Source: a virus
Lineage: Duplodnaviria; Caudoviricetes
IMG/VR virus record: IMGVR_UViG_3300017911_002159
Span: 55,121 to 119,120 of that record
Length of the DNA stretch: 64,000 nucleotides
Direction: 5' to 3' (one strand)
The notes under the pieces were generated by a model. It was not told the DNA's origin and searched no databases. It saw nothing but the letters and a program-made list of their open reading frames with translations. Both the position numbers and the translations under genes were made by a program. Positions 20,521 to 29,436 of this stretch are shown here, piece by piece; within the stretch, counting starts at the first letter, position 1, and each line of letters begins with the position of its first letter.

Positions 20521-20611
20521 ATTTAGAATAGAAAAAGCATTATTAGATGTTGCTCCTTTTCTGGGTGGTATAGAAGATTCGCCCACAGTAAAAAAAGATA
20601 TGATTAACTAA
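20510..20611 (+). pseudogene. 33-aa ORF, possible remnant of a 21531-like gene
   Basis: MKIEFRIEKALLDVAP resembles MNIIEFSIDERLFGVMP. Confidence 0.3.
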
Positions 20612-20612
20612 G

Positions 20613-20620
20613 TATAAATA
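20613..20620 (+). promoter_or_regulatory. T4-type late promoter
   Basis: TATAAATA. Confidence 0.8.
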
Positions 20621-20652
20621 GCTAAAAGGTATCTACGTAAAAGAGGAACAAC

Positions 20653-21516
20653 ATGAGTGTTTTAAAAGTTTCAGCTATTAAGAACAATAGCGCTTCATCA
20701 AACAACTTGGTGCTGAACACTGATGGTTCTCTTACTTTGGGGACCGGCGGTGACTTGGTTGCTAACAACTCCTTAAACACAAGACTTGGTGGATTTACTT
20801 CTAACAACTCCTTAAACACAAGACTTGGTGGATTTGTTTCTAACAACTTCTTCCAAGACAATCAGCCATCCTCTTTTGGTGTTGTTAGTGCTACTGTTGT
20901 AAATGGCAGTGCATCTGGAACTTATACAGTTCCAGCAGGTATCAATTATATAGCCGGTGTTGTTGTAGGTGGAGGTGGTGGAGGCGGTGCAAACATAGAT
21001 AACTCTAATGCTCCCGGCGGCGGCGACGGTGGCGGAGGAGGTATTTGTGGATTTGGGTTTGGAGTAACACCCGGAGCAACATACAATTATTCTATTGGCG
21101 CTGGAGGCAACAGGGCTACTTATGGAAACAATTTTACTAACGCAGGCTCAGGTGGCACATCTAATTTTAGTGGAAACACGTTTAGAGGCAATGGCGGGTC
21201 AGCAGGAGGGAATAGTACTTCTAACGTCCAGACTAACGCTGCAGCACTAGGTGGCAATGGTTCAGGTGGTACAATAAACGTTACTGGCACAACTGGTACT
21301 GCTTTACATGGGGGACGAATTCATAAAGGAATAGTTCATGGTGTATTGGGTGCCTTGGGAGGCACTACAGTTGACAAAAATGGAACTATATTATCTAATG
21401 CATCGAATATCGGCAGTGCTGGAGTGGGTCAGGGCGGTAGTGGAAGTTCTGGTGGGTTCTCTGAAGATGGTAGCGCAGGTAGCGCAGGGTCATTAATAGT
21501 ATATGAATTTAGTTAA
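20653..21516 (+). CDS. glycine-rich tail fibre / adhesin-like protein
   Basis: GGGGGGG/GGxGG runs, YTVPAGI..VGGGG, GSLIVYEF C-terminus. Confidence 0.75.
   Translation: MSVLKVSAIKNNSASSNNLVLNTDGSLTLGTGGDLVANNSLNTRLGGFTSNNSLNTRLGGFVSNNFFQDNQPSSFGVVSATVVNGSASGTYTVPAGINYIAGVVVGGGGGGGANIDNSNAPGGGDGGGGGICGFGFGVTPGATYNYSIGAGGNRATYGNNFTNAGSGGTSNFSGNTFRGNGGSAGGNSTSNVQTNAAALGGNGSGGTINVTGTTGTALHGGRIHKGIVHGVLGALGGTTVDKNGTILSNASNIGSAGVGQGGSGSSGGFSEDGSAGSAGSLIVYEFS
20762..20848 (+). repeat. 39-nt tandem repeat (about 2.2 copies)
   Basis: CTAACAACTCCTTAAACACAAGACTTGGTGGATTT(AC/GT)TT encoding NNSLNTRLGGF(T/V)S. Confidence 0.9.
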
Positions 21517-21530
21517 ATATTAAAAGGTAC

Positions 21531-22289
21531 ATGATGAACATTATTGAATTTAGTATTGATGAGAGATTGTTTGGCGTAATGCCAGAGCCTGTACCATCAA
21601 AAAAGATGGTTCCGTCTTGGTATAAAAAAATGAGTCCTTTTATAGACCAAGAAAAAAAGTTTGCTCGTGTCCTGTCTTTAGAAGATCAACAATTGCAAAA
21701 CAATTCCACTATGAAGGCCTGTATTCCAATTAGAGATTCTATAGTTTCTGGTTACACATTAACACTTCCAGTTGATGTTATGGTAAATCGTGTAAAAAAA
21801 GAAACGCCTTCCGGTCTTCAAGATGAATTATTATTCAGTTGGGGGCTTGGCGGTGATTCAGGATTTGATAATGCTGTTGAAGGACATTCAATTAATCAAA
21901 TAAAAAACTCTCCGTTGGAGCAAGCTGCTGTTGGAGAAGGTTTATATAAATTTAATAACCCTTGGCGAATAAAGACGCCTCCCGGATATTCATGCTATTT
22001 TTACTCACCACCGTATCATAATCTTCCATATGAAGTCTTACCGGCCATAGTAGACACTGATGGAATCCACGAAGTAAATTTTCCATTTATTTGGAAAACT
22101 AAGGATGAGGCTGTAAAGTTAAAAAAAGGCCTACCAATGATTCAACTTTACCCCTTCAAGAGAGAAGAGTGGAAATCAGAAATAAAATCTCATTCTTCAT
22201 TAGAAACATTAAAAGACAAATCCAATTTTCTTTCATACTTAGGTAATTGGTATAGAGATTTTGTTCATAAAAAGAAAAGATTTGATTGA
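21531..22289 (+). CDS. conserved phage hypothetical protein
   Basis: P.WYK, TMKACIP.RD...GY, KF.NPW.IKTPPGYS, IVDTD, QL.PFKRE.W. Confidence 0.7.
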   Translation: MMNIIEFSIDERLFGVMPEPVPSKKMVPSWYKKMSPFIDQEKKFARVLSLEDQQLQNNSTMKACIPIRDSIVSGYTLTLPVDVMVNRVKKETPSGLQDELLFSWGLGGDSGFDNAVEGHSINQIKNSPLEQAAVGEGLYKFNNPWRIKTPPGYSCYFYSPPYHNLPYEVLPAIVDTDGIHEVNFPFIWKTKDEAVKLKKGLPMIQLYPFKREEWKSEIKSHSSLETLKDKSNFLSYLGNWYRDFVHKKKRFD

Positions 22290-22322
22290 TAAATATGGTA
22301 AAGAATTTTTACAGGAAAAGTC

Positions 22323-22724
22323 ATGCCTTACTTATTAATTAGAACTGATTTAAATACCATTGATGAAAAATCAGAAACATCTCAGACGCCTAGGGTAGAT
22401 CAAACAGAATTAGAAGTAAGTAATGATATTTACAATTCAGTAAATATAAATGATTGGTTTTTTGCCAACAATTATCACGTAGAGGCTCGTCACTTACAAT
22501 TTGAGGATGGAGTGTTCCGTCAAAAAACTGCTGATGAAGTAATGTTTGATATTAGAGTATCAAGAAGAGAATTGTTAAGTGGTAGCGATTGGACTATCTT
22601 ACCTGATTCTCCTTTAACTACTTCTAAAAAAACAGAATGGCAAACTTACAGACAGCAACTTAGGGATCTTCCTACAAGCAACACAAATCCATTTGATATT
22701 GATTTCCCTGCTGAACCAAGTTAA
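22323..22724 (+). CDS. tail fibre assembly chaperone
   Basis: R..LL..SDWT.LPDSPL...W..YRQ.LRDLP...P.EP. Confidence 0.8.
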   Translation: MPYLLIRTDLNTIDEKSETSQTPRVDQTELEVSNDIYNSVNINDWFFANNYHVEARHLQFEDGVFRQKTADEVMFDIRVSRRELLSGSDWTILPDSPLTTSKKTEWQTYRQQLRDLPTSNTNPFDIDFPAEPS

Positions 22725-22761
22725 TAAATAATAAACAGTATAAAATTAAGTTGGGGTACAA

Positions 22762-23559
22762 ATGGCTACTACAATATCTGGATCTACTGGAATAAACACG
22801 CAGGACATTGTATCCGATGATGCTATTACTGCCAATGGTACTATTACGGCTAACAACTTAGTTGTTGATGATGGCGGCGGTGTTGGTCCTACGGTAGACA
22901 TTAAAGGCGGCGGAACGTCTACAGATGCTCCAGCAGATAATGAGCAAACATTATACTTAAGAACAAGAAACGGTACAGTAGGTCTTTCTACTGGTATTGG
23001 TTTCTGGGGTACTTTTGAAACTGGTTCTGATACAAACGCCAGAAGAGCCGCCGATATGAGAGCTGGGTTCAACAATGGAGACGGTGCTTGGGGCAATGAG
23101 TACATGACCTTCAACGTTGGTATCAACGATGGAGCTAATACCAACGATTCTGCAGCAATGACGACAGAACGTCTTAGAATTACTAAGACGGCTATAACAG
23201 CAAACGTTGATATTGAAGATACAGTAGGTAATGTAAGAACACCTCGGTATACACAACTAACTGGAGCCTCAAACACCAATCTTACCAATGAAGGTGTTTA
23301 CGTGGTAGATGGTTCCTCGACATTTTCTCAAATAATTATCGGTACAGGTGCAACCCTAACTGCTGGCACCATTATGACAATTTATAATAACAGATCAACA
23401 TCAGTAACTATCTCTAGAGGATCAATCCCTAACATGAGAAAAGCTGCAGATGGTGACTACACTAACTATGCTACACTCACATTAGGTAGAAACTCTGTTA
23501 CGACAGTTACGATGTTTTTTAATGGCTTGATTGTCCTTACTGGTACGGATATTACATAA
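22762..23559 (+). CDS. tail fibre-like protein
   Basis: Thr/Gly-rich, TERLRIT, GNVRTP, AGTIMTIYN; AATAAATA upstream. Confidence 0.65.
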   Translation: MATTISGSTGINTQDIVSDDAITANGTITANNLVVDDGGGVGPTVDIKGGGTSTDAPADNEQTLYLRTRNGTVGLSTGIGFWGTFETGSDTNARRAADMRAGFNNGDGAWGNEYMTFNVGINDGANTNDSAAMTTERLRITKTAITANVDIEDTVGNVRTPRYTQLTGASNTNLTNEGVYVVDGSSTFSQIIIGTGATLTAGTIMTIYNNRSTSVTISRGSIPNMRKAADGDYTNYATLTLGRNSVTTVTMFFNGLIVLTGTDIT

Positions 23560-24263
23560 TGAGTTCTATTCTTCTTGCTGCTACTAATGTATTCGGCGGT
23601 GGTGCAGTGACATCTTTCACTCACGTTGCTGCTTCATACGAGAGAACTACAGGCTCTACAACAACAAAAACATTTACACCTCCTGCAGGTGCACAGTCTG
23701 GCGATCTTCTGATATTGGCATCCTTTGTAGATGACGGAGCTCGTACAATATCAACACCGCCTTCTGGTTGGACTGAGATTGGCAATAATACTTCTGGGAG
23801 CGAGTACCCAGAGGGATATTCTTATTATCAGATTTACAATGGTACAGATTCGTCGTGGACAGCAACATGGTCTGGGGCCGAACACAGTGCGGGTGTCGTA
23901 GTAGCCTTTAGGCCAGACAATGCAATCACGACAGTAACAACAGAACAATTCCAAGAGTCTGATGGCCCATCATCTCTATCTGATACGATTAGCTCTGTGA
24001 CTGATACAAATGCTCCGGGTGGTAGAATCTATATGTATTTCCTTCTTGGAAGACCATTGAGTTCTTCAATTCAAAATCCTACACCTTCATTCTCTCCAAG
24101 CTCTGGTTGGACACACGTAGACGGTGATCCTCTGTTTGCAGACGACTATATGGACTATGCTTATAAGTTAGATTCTGCTGGTGATTCATTTGTATCCACG
24201 ACCATCAGTACTAATGATACGGGCCGACAGGCACAACACTTTTTCATTGTAAATGCAGTATAA
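23559..24263 (+). CDS. Ser/Thr-rich virion-associated protein
   Basis: P.G.QSGDLLI, PSGWT motifs; coupled to fibre gene. Confidence 0.55.
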   Translation: MSSILLAATNVFGGGAVTSFTHVAASYERTTGSTTTKTFTPPAGAQSGDLLILASFVDDGARTISTPPSGWTEIGNNTSGSEYPEGYSYYQIYNGTDSSWTATWSGAEHSAGVVVAFRPDNAITTVTTEQFQESDGPSSLSDTISSVTDTNAPGGRIYMYFLLGRPLSSSIQNPTPSFSPSSGWTHVDGDPLFADDYMDYAYKLDSAGDSFVSTTISTNDTGRQAQHFFIVNAV

Positions 24264-24283
24264 CTTTATCCTAAGGAAATTAA

Positions 24284-24694
24284 ATGTTTGGCTTGATACA
24301 GAGGATAGGATTCCTCGCTTTTTTATTAGTCCCTTCTTTTGCTCAGGCCGAAGAGATTCAGCCTGAGTTTTTTATTCATGACTTAACAAATGCTACAGCA
24401 TTGTTTAAAGCAGCAGACATGGGATGTGGAACCGTAGATGAAGATGTTTACAAATTTTTAATCAGAGGTTCTGCTGACTATCTGATGGAGACTGGTGCCT
24501 CAAGAATTCTTGCTGCACAGATGTTAAATGCTTTGGCAATTGAAATTGTTCAAAGTACAGAAAGATACATTAATTATCACGGTTGTGATAAATTTAACTC
24601 AGTTATGTTTGAGTTCAAAGACGATTACAAGATACTTAATGACGTTTTTGAAATATATAACATTTCGTTTGACAGTGAAGAAATACAGTTGTAA
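24284..24694 (+). CDS. exported hypothetical protein
   Basis: Signal peptide ending AQA. Confidence 0.6.
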   Translation: MFGLIQRIGFLAFLLVPSFAQAEEIQPEFFIHDLTNATALFKAADMGCGTVDEDVYKFLIRGSADYLMETGASRILAAQMLNALAIEIVQSTERYINYHGCDKFNSVMFEFKDDYKILNDVFEIYNISFDSEEIQL

Positions 24695-24704
24695 ATAAAT
24701 AGTT

Positions 24705-24954
24705 GTGTTCTTGTTGAGGATTCGACAAAAGCTATGCAGGACAGGAGTGCAAATCTCCTCACCTCCACCACAAGCATATTAAGGTATGTTTCTGATGGGG
24801 GTGACTTAGGATCGACTGGTAGTAAGTAGCTTATCTGAGAGAGCAAAAAAAATAGTTGCTAATAACTATGACAAACCTTCCGTAGCTCTTGCAGCATAAC
24901 GGGTTGGGCTTGATTCGGGGAGCCTAGAAACAGAAGGGGGATAACTTATCCCCC
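24705..24954 (+). ncRNA. ssrA: circularly permuted (two-piece) tmRNA, tag ANNYDKPSVALAA
   Basis: T-arm and CACCTCC-A-CCA (24760-24770) precede GGGGGTG (24797-24803) with G3:U70; tag ORF 24858-24899; ends approximate. Confidence 0.9.
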
Positions 24955-24970
24955 ACTCGATCTTCTCTTC

Positions 24971-24978
24971 CATAAATA
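24971..24978 (+). promoter_or_regulatory. late promoter variant
   Basis: CATAAATA upstream of AGGAGG RBS. Confidence 0.65.
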
Positions 24979-25006
24979 GTAAGATAATTTTTTTTAGGAG
25001 GTAATA

Positions 25007-25654
25007 ATGAAAAAACTTCTTTTAGGGATGACTGCTTTGGTTGCAGTTTCCTCTACTGCTATGGCTCAAGAGGCGGCTGCTCCTGCACCTTCTCTGACCA
25101 ATGCTTATGTCGGTGTTTCGACAAGCCTTGAAGGTACTGCTGACTGGACTCTGGGTTCGGAAATCAACCTTTCTGGTCTGAATGGTTACGGTGAACTCAA
25201 GTACAAGGACCGTGTTGATGCTGCTGGTGACCCTGCAGACGACTATGTTGTTACTCTGGGTTCCAAGCTTTCTGTAGCTGGTCTGGGTCTGAAGACTGGT
25301 GTTAGCTACGAATGGGGTTCCACTTCCGGTGCTGATCTTATCGGTCGTGGTGACGGTAACACTTGGGGTGACCTGACTTCTAACACAGAATTCTCTGTTT
25401 CTCCCGGTGTCATCGGTGGCGAGTTTGTCTGGCTTGGTGCTACGATGAATCTTGCTTCTGATGGTGAGATCGATCTTGGCTGGGGCGGTGCAAACTACGG
25501 CTTTGGCTACAAGCATGACCTCAACGAAAGAGCTTCAATTTCTGCAAGCTACGGTTGGAATGTATCTGTTGTTGACGATGGTGACGATGCTACTGTAAAT
25601 GATTGGGTAACTGAATCTACTGGTCTGAAACTTGGTGTAGGGTTCAAGTTCTAA
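25007..25654 (+). CDS. outer-membrane beta-barrel protein (porin-like)
   Basis: Sec signal MKKLLLG..AMA, alternating amphipathic strands, C-terminal GVGFKF. Confidence 0.8.
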   Translation: MKKLLLGMTALVAVSSTAMAQEAAAPAPSLTNAYVGVSTSLEGTADWTLGSEINLSGLNGYGELKYKDRVDAAGDPADDYVVTLGSKLSVAGLGLKTGVSYEWGSTSGADLIGRGDGNTWGDLTSNTEFSVSPGVIGGEFVWLGATMNLASDGEIDLGWGGANYGFGYKHDLNERASISASYGWNVSVVDDGDDATVNDWVTESTGLKLGVGFKF

Positions 25655-25656
25655 AA

Positions 25657-26001
25657 ATGAAATATGCTTTGTTTGGCCTGTTGGCCGTGACTTTATCCGG
25701 TTGTGTAGTCACTTCTCGTAATTCTGAGGGTGACTACACTTCTCTCTCTATCCTCTCTGATAACCTTATTAGAGGTGATATCTGTAACACCTTCTCTTTG
25801 ACTGAAGAGCATGCTCTTTTGCATGAGTTGGATAATGAGGATGGTGAAATTCAAATCAAAGAAAGTCTTATAGAAAAATACGGTCGATTAGCAGTCATTG
25901 ATTGCTATGGTAAGATCGTTGACTTCCATAACTCTAGATCGATGCATGTGATTCAAGAGATGAAGGAAGTGCAAGACTTATCGGAAGTCACTCCACTTTA
26001 A
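25657..26001 (+). CDS. lipoprotein
   Basis: Lipobox LSGC. Confidence 0.7.
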   Translation: MKYALFGLLAVTLSGCVVTSRNSEGDYTSLSILSDNLIRGDICNTFSLTEEHALLHELDNEDGEIQIKESLIEKYGRLAVIDCYGKIVDFHNSRSMHVIQEMKEVQDLSEVTPL

Positions 26002-26006
26002 TTCCT

Positions 26007-26044
26007 AAATAGTAGCAGAAGAAATTTTGCTACTATTTTTTTTT
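26007..26044 (+). terminator. intrinsic terminator overlapping a CCTAAATA late-promoter variant
   Basis: AAATAGTAGCAGAA-GAAA-TTTTGCTACTATTT plus T run. Confidence 0.65.
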
Positions 26045-26054
26045 GGAGTTTTAA

Positions 26055-27146
26055 ATGGCACAGAAAGGTGTTTTAGGCGGTCTTAGACTCGTAAAAATGG
26101 GAAGTCAGTGGGCGCAGCCTACTGGTATGTATGACGCCGGTGTTAGAAACAACGGTATTTTCCCAGCAGACCCAGATCCTGCAGCAAATGCAGGTAAATC
26201 TATCGATTGGTTAGACTACGAATCTTTCCTAGACCCAATCACAGGTAAAAGAATTTCTAGAAAAGAGGCATACGAGCAAGAACTTCTTGCTTTTGGTGAT
26301 GGTCTTTATGTAGATCAGAAAACCAAAACAGCATTAGATCTTTTTTCCAAGTCAGATGTTTTTAAGAAAAGATTTACTTTCACCACAAGATGGGGTGTAA
26401 GACCAACAATCACGAACATCTTGGCTGGCGGTATCGATGATTCGTATCATGCAACTGGCGAAGCCGTTGATATTCAGCATAACTTCGGAACAAATCTTTC
26501 TGGAGAAGCAACCAAAGATCTTCAGGATGTTATTATTCAAGCTCTTGCTTCTGGTTTCAGAGGTATCGGCTTCGGCCCTACCCAATTCCATTTTGACACC
26601 AGACCCGGAAGAGGTGGTTTTTTAGGTTACGTATATCAAAACTGGCCAAAGAAGATCACTCCTATGTTCGTGATGCAGTCTATTTTAAGAGATAGAATTG
26701 CAGACGTAGAACTTTCTGAAGATGAAATTAAACGAATTGCTAGAGATACACCTTTAACAGATACTGATTCTGGCCGTTCTGGTAAGAGTAAAGCACAGAT
26801 GTCAGAGGCAGACATCGAAAAATACATTAAACCGCTTTATGGTAAAGAAACAGAAGTTGTTAGAGTAAACACTGTAGGCAGAGATGTGGCTGTGATCTCT
26901 GTTGTTTTAGGTGTTCTTTTTGCCGGTATCTACGGTGCTCAAAGATTTTTTAGATCGAGAGCAAAAAAGAAAGAGACACAAAGACTCTTGCAAGATAGAA
27001 AAAGAAGAGTTATTATTTCTAAATTCAGAAATGAAAACAAAAGGGCAATTGCTAAAGCAAAGAATGATCCTGAACTTGCTGCACAGTTAGAGGATCAGCT
27101 TAAGTCTCAGTTTGCCCTTTATGACGTACCTTTTGAAGAACAATAA
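26055..27146 (+). CDS. peptidase M15-family Zn peptidase with C-terminal membrane anchor
   Basis: SYHATGEAVDI, GFRGIG....FHFDTR; TM VAVISVVLGVLFAGIYGA then basic tail. Confidence 0.75.
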   Translation: MAQKGVLGGLRLVKMGSQWAQPTGMYDAGVRNNGIFPADPDPAANAGKSIDWLDYESFLDPITGKRISRKEAYEQELLAFGDGLYVDQKTKTALDLFSKSDVFKKRFTFTTRWGVRPTITNILAGGIDDSYHATGEAVDIQHNFGTNLSGEATKDLQDVIIQALASGFRGIGFGPTQFHFDTRPGRGGFLGYVYQNWPKKITPMFVMQSILRDRIADVELSEDEIKRIARDTPLTDTDSGRSGKSKAQMSEADIEKYIKPLYGKETEVVRVNTVGRDVAVISVVLGVLFAGIYGAQRFFRSRAKKKETQRLLQDRKRRVIISKFRNENKRAIAKAKNDPELAAQLEDQLKSQFALYDVPFEEQ

Positions 27147-27159
27147 TTAGGGAATTATA

Positions 27160-27294
27160 ATGGCTAAAGTGGATTTGACGAAGAGTACAAGCAAACAGCA
27201 TGTAAGAACTTCTATTGGTAAATCAGCAAACTCTAGACCTAACAACAAACAAAAACGTAGAGCTTGGAAAGCTTACAGAGGACAAGGAAAATAA
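27160..27294 (+). CDS. small basic protein (not in ORF track)
   Basis: MAKVDLTKSTSKQHVRTSIGKSANSRPNNKQKRRAWKAYRGQGK*, AGGGA RBS. Confidence 0.7.
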   Translation: MAKVDLTKSTSKQHVRTSIGKSANSRPNNKQKRRAWKAYRGQGK

Positions 27295-27295
27295 A

Positions 27296-27532
27296 ATGGC
27301 TAAAAAAGAAAAAGTATTATCGTCGGCATCAAGAACCTCTTCGGCACCTATTCAGGCAGCAAAGCCTGCAGCACCAGCATCAAAGCCAGTTGCACAAGAT
27401 ACTTCTAACAAGTATAAAGAAGCTCTGGAAGCCATTGTTAAGGCTTCTGAGAAGGTTGCAAGTGCTACAGGTAACAGAAACTTCAGAATCGAACTCAATC
27501 AGGCAATTTCGGCAGCTAAGGCTCTTCTGTGA
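27296..27532 (+). CDS. Ala/Lys-rich hypothetical protein
   Basis: ATG 27296 behind AAGGA, after the 27160 ORF. Confidence 0.6.
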   Translation: MAKKEKVLSSASRTSSAPIQAAKPAAPASKPVAQDTSNKYKEALEAIVKASEKVASATGNRNFRIELNQAISAAKALL

Positions 27533-27909
27533 ATGATGAACAAGCAATAAAGTCAATCAAACTCACTTCTGGTGAGGAGATTGTCGGTGTTGTGCATGAG
27601 ATTTCTGAGTCTTATGTAGAAGTCCAAAGTCCTTTTGTTGTTAGTAAGACAATGGGATCTTCCTTTATGTTGTTGCCTTGGATGATTACGTCTGAAATCA
27701 ATCAGATTCACTCCATCAACATATTAAATGTATCTTCTGTAGCTGAATCATCTTCCGATTTTCTTAGAGCTTACATAAAAGTTATTAAAGAAAATGCAGA
27801 AGACGAAGACCAAGAATTCGAGGTCAAGTCTTTAGATGAGTTTGATGAAGAAATGGAAGAAGAAGAGGAGGAGTTAGATATGACTCCTCCTGATACTACC
27901 GTCCACTAG
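27529..27909 (+). CDS. Sm-like-fold T4-like hypothetical with acidic tail
   Basis: IKLTSGEEIVG, L.PW, ends DTTVH. Confidence 0.65.
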   Translation: MNDEQAIKSIKLTSGEEIVGVVHEISESYVEVQSPFVVSKTMGSSFMLLPWMITSEINQIHSINILNVSSVAESSSDFLRAYIKVIKENAEDEDQEFEVKSLDEFDEEMEEEEEELDMTPPDTTVH

Positions 27910-28253
27910 TATCTAACACGGCCTAGTGCATCGAATCCTAAACGTGGCAGACTATAAGAAAATTTCGGTGCAGGAATATCTGCTCTAGTAAGTGGTTTGC
28001 CCATATTAGAGAATGCTCTCACACCCGGAGAAATTTCAGGATACTGTCTTGCTGGCTGTGCAGGTTTGAAGGCAGCATTTCTTGGAGGATTTGGACCAGA
28101 CAGCCCACTTCCGATTTTAGGATGACTTGCACCAGTAATATCATCAGGAGTGAATCCCGGAGGCAGTTCTTCTTCTGCCATAACTGCTGGTCTTAAAGCA
28201 GCAAGACCAAATTCCATCAAAGTCTCTTTTCCTAAAAGAAGTTTTTTACTCAT
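27906..28253 (-). CDS. Pro-rich putative head-internal protein (leader ...KETLME)
   Basis: Last gene of coupled minus-strand late cluster. Confidence 0.55.
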   Translation of the reverse strand: MSKKLLLGKETLMEFGLAALRPAVMAEEELPPGFTPDDITGASHPKIGSGLSGPNPPRNAAFKPAQPARQYPEISPGVRAFSNMGKPLTRADIPAPKFSYSLPRLGFDALGRVRY

Positions 28254-28714
28254 GCTTCGCCAATCCTTGTTTTTGCTACACTAACTCCGGAAAGTGGTTT
28301 ATTGCTTGCTACAGCTAAACCTAATCCTCGTCCCTTATTTATTCCGATTTGAAGTCTGTTAAGAATATTTGATTGCAGACTTCTTCTTTCGTTGTTTCTC
28401 ATTTGCCGACCAACGGTATCCACAAGACTTTTTTCGGGATCTAACGTAGTATTTCTAGATCTGTTCAAAACAGAAGCAACAGGACCAACCAGAGCTAAAG
28501 ATGCTAAACCTGCTGCACCAGTTGCTAAAAGACCCTTGTTGCTTTTAGCTAAACCCAAAAGACCGCCTTGTCTTGTGTTAGGTCCGTAGTTGTAACCAGA
28601 AGCTTGTCTTGCCACGTCAACCGGAGGAGTGTTGATGACAGGCTTACCCATAATCATGTTTGTTACAGGGTTTTCGTTTAGAACTTCTTCTTTAAGCTGC
28701 TGGTATGTTTTCAT
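28250..28714 (-). CDS. putative head-internal protein, leader MKTYQQLKEEVLNE, TM segment
   Basis: Close match to T4 CTS MKTYQEFIAE; GLLATGAAGLASLALVGPVASVLNRSR. Confidence 0.65.
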   Translation of the reverse strand: MKTYQQLKEEVLNENPVTNMIMGKPVINTPPVDVARQASGYNYGPNTRQGGLLGLAKSNKGLLATGAAGLASLALVGPVASVLNRSRNTTLDPEKSLVDTVGRQMRNNERRSLQSNILNRLQIGINKGRGLGLAVASNKPLSGVSVAKTRIGEA

Positions 28715-29436
28715 TAGAGAACATCCTTATACAATCTCTCAAACTCTTCATCGGTGAGTCTGTTACGAATAGCTGAAATATTTACATTTTCATCTTCGAT
28801 AGCATCTAACAGAATAGTACGAGCCATCGTTTCATCACCAGCATCTAAGGCATCACCAATCTCATCAGCAATCCTTCTATTTCTAAGAACTTTCATAATT
28901 CTTGGTGTTGCTCTTCTCATAGCTTCGACAGAACCAGCAAAAACAGCTATAAGAATTAATACAATAGTTACATTTACTTTCAGCCAAGCCTGTTGTCCTT
29001 CCGGTAAAGGCAAACTTTCAATTGCTTTATCATATGCACCTTTTAATGCACTTAATGCACCTAAGACAGCAGAAAATGCTAAAGAAAAAGCAGTTGCTGC
29101 TGCAGTAGCCCTAGCTCTAGCAAACTTCCAAACCTCAGCAACAAGTGATACTAATCCTCCCCCTGCTAAGGCTAATAATCCTTTTTGAGTAAGGTCTATG
29201 CCAATTCTACCCTGTAGACGTGAGCCACGGGGTGTTAACGAACCGGGTTTGTCTGCTTTGTAAGGCTCATTTCTTGTATAAGATAGTTTTCTTTTATCAA
29301 GAGCACTTAAAACATTACCTCTAGGAGGTCTTCCTTTAAATCCTGTTATATATGCACGGGGAGATTGGAAGGCAAGATTTCTTGGAGGTCTTCTTTGCTC
29401 CATCATTTCTCTTAACACATCTTTTGAGTATGACAT
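28714..29436 (-). CDS. multi-TM protein with leader MSYSKDVLRE
   Basis: Three hydrophobic segments separated by basic patches. Confidence 0.6.
   Translation of the reverse strand: MSYSKDVLREMMEQRRPPRNLAFQSPRAYITGFKGRPPRGNVLSALDKRKLSYTRNEPYKADKPGSLTPRGSRLQGRIGIDLTQKGLLALAGGGLVSLVAEVWKFARARATAAATAFSLAFSAVLGALSALKGAYDKAIESLPLPEGQQAWLKVNVTIVLILIAVFAGSVEAMRRATPRIMKVLRNRRIADEIGDALDAGDETMARTILLDAIEDENVNISAIRNRLTDEEFERLYKDVL

Noticed and set aside
24625-24846. Minus-strand 73-aa ORF
   Set aside because: Antisense shadow of the tmRNA
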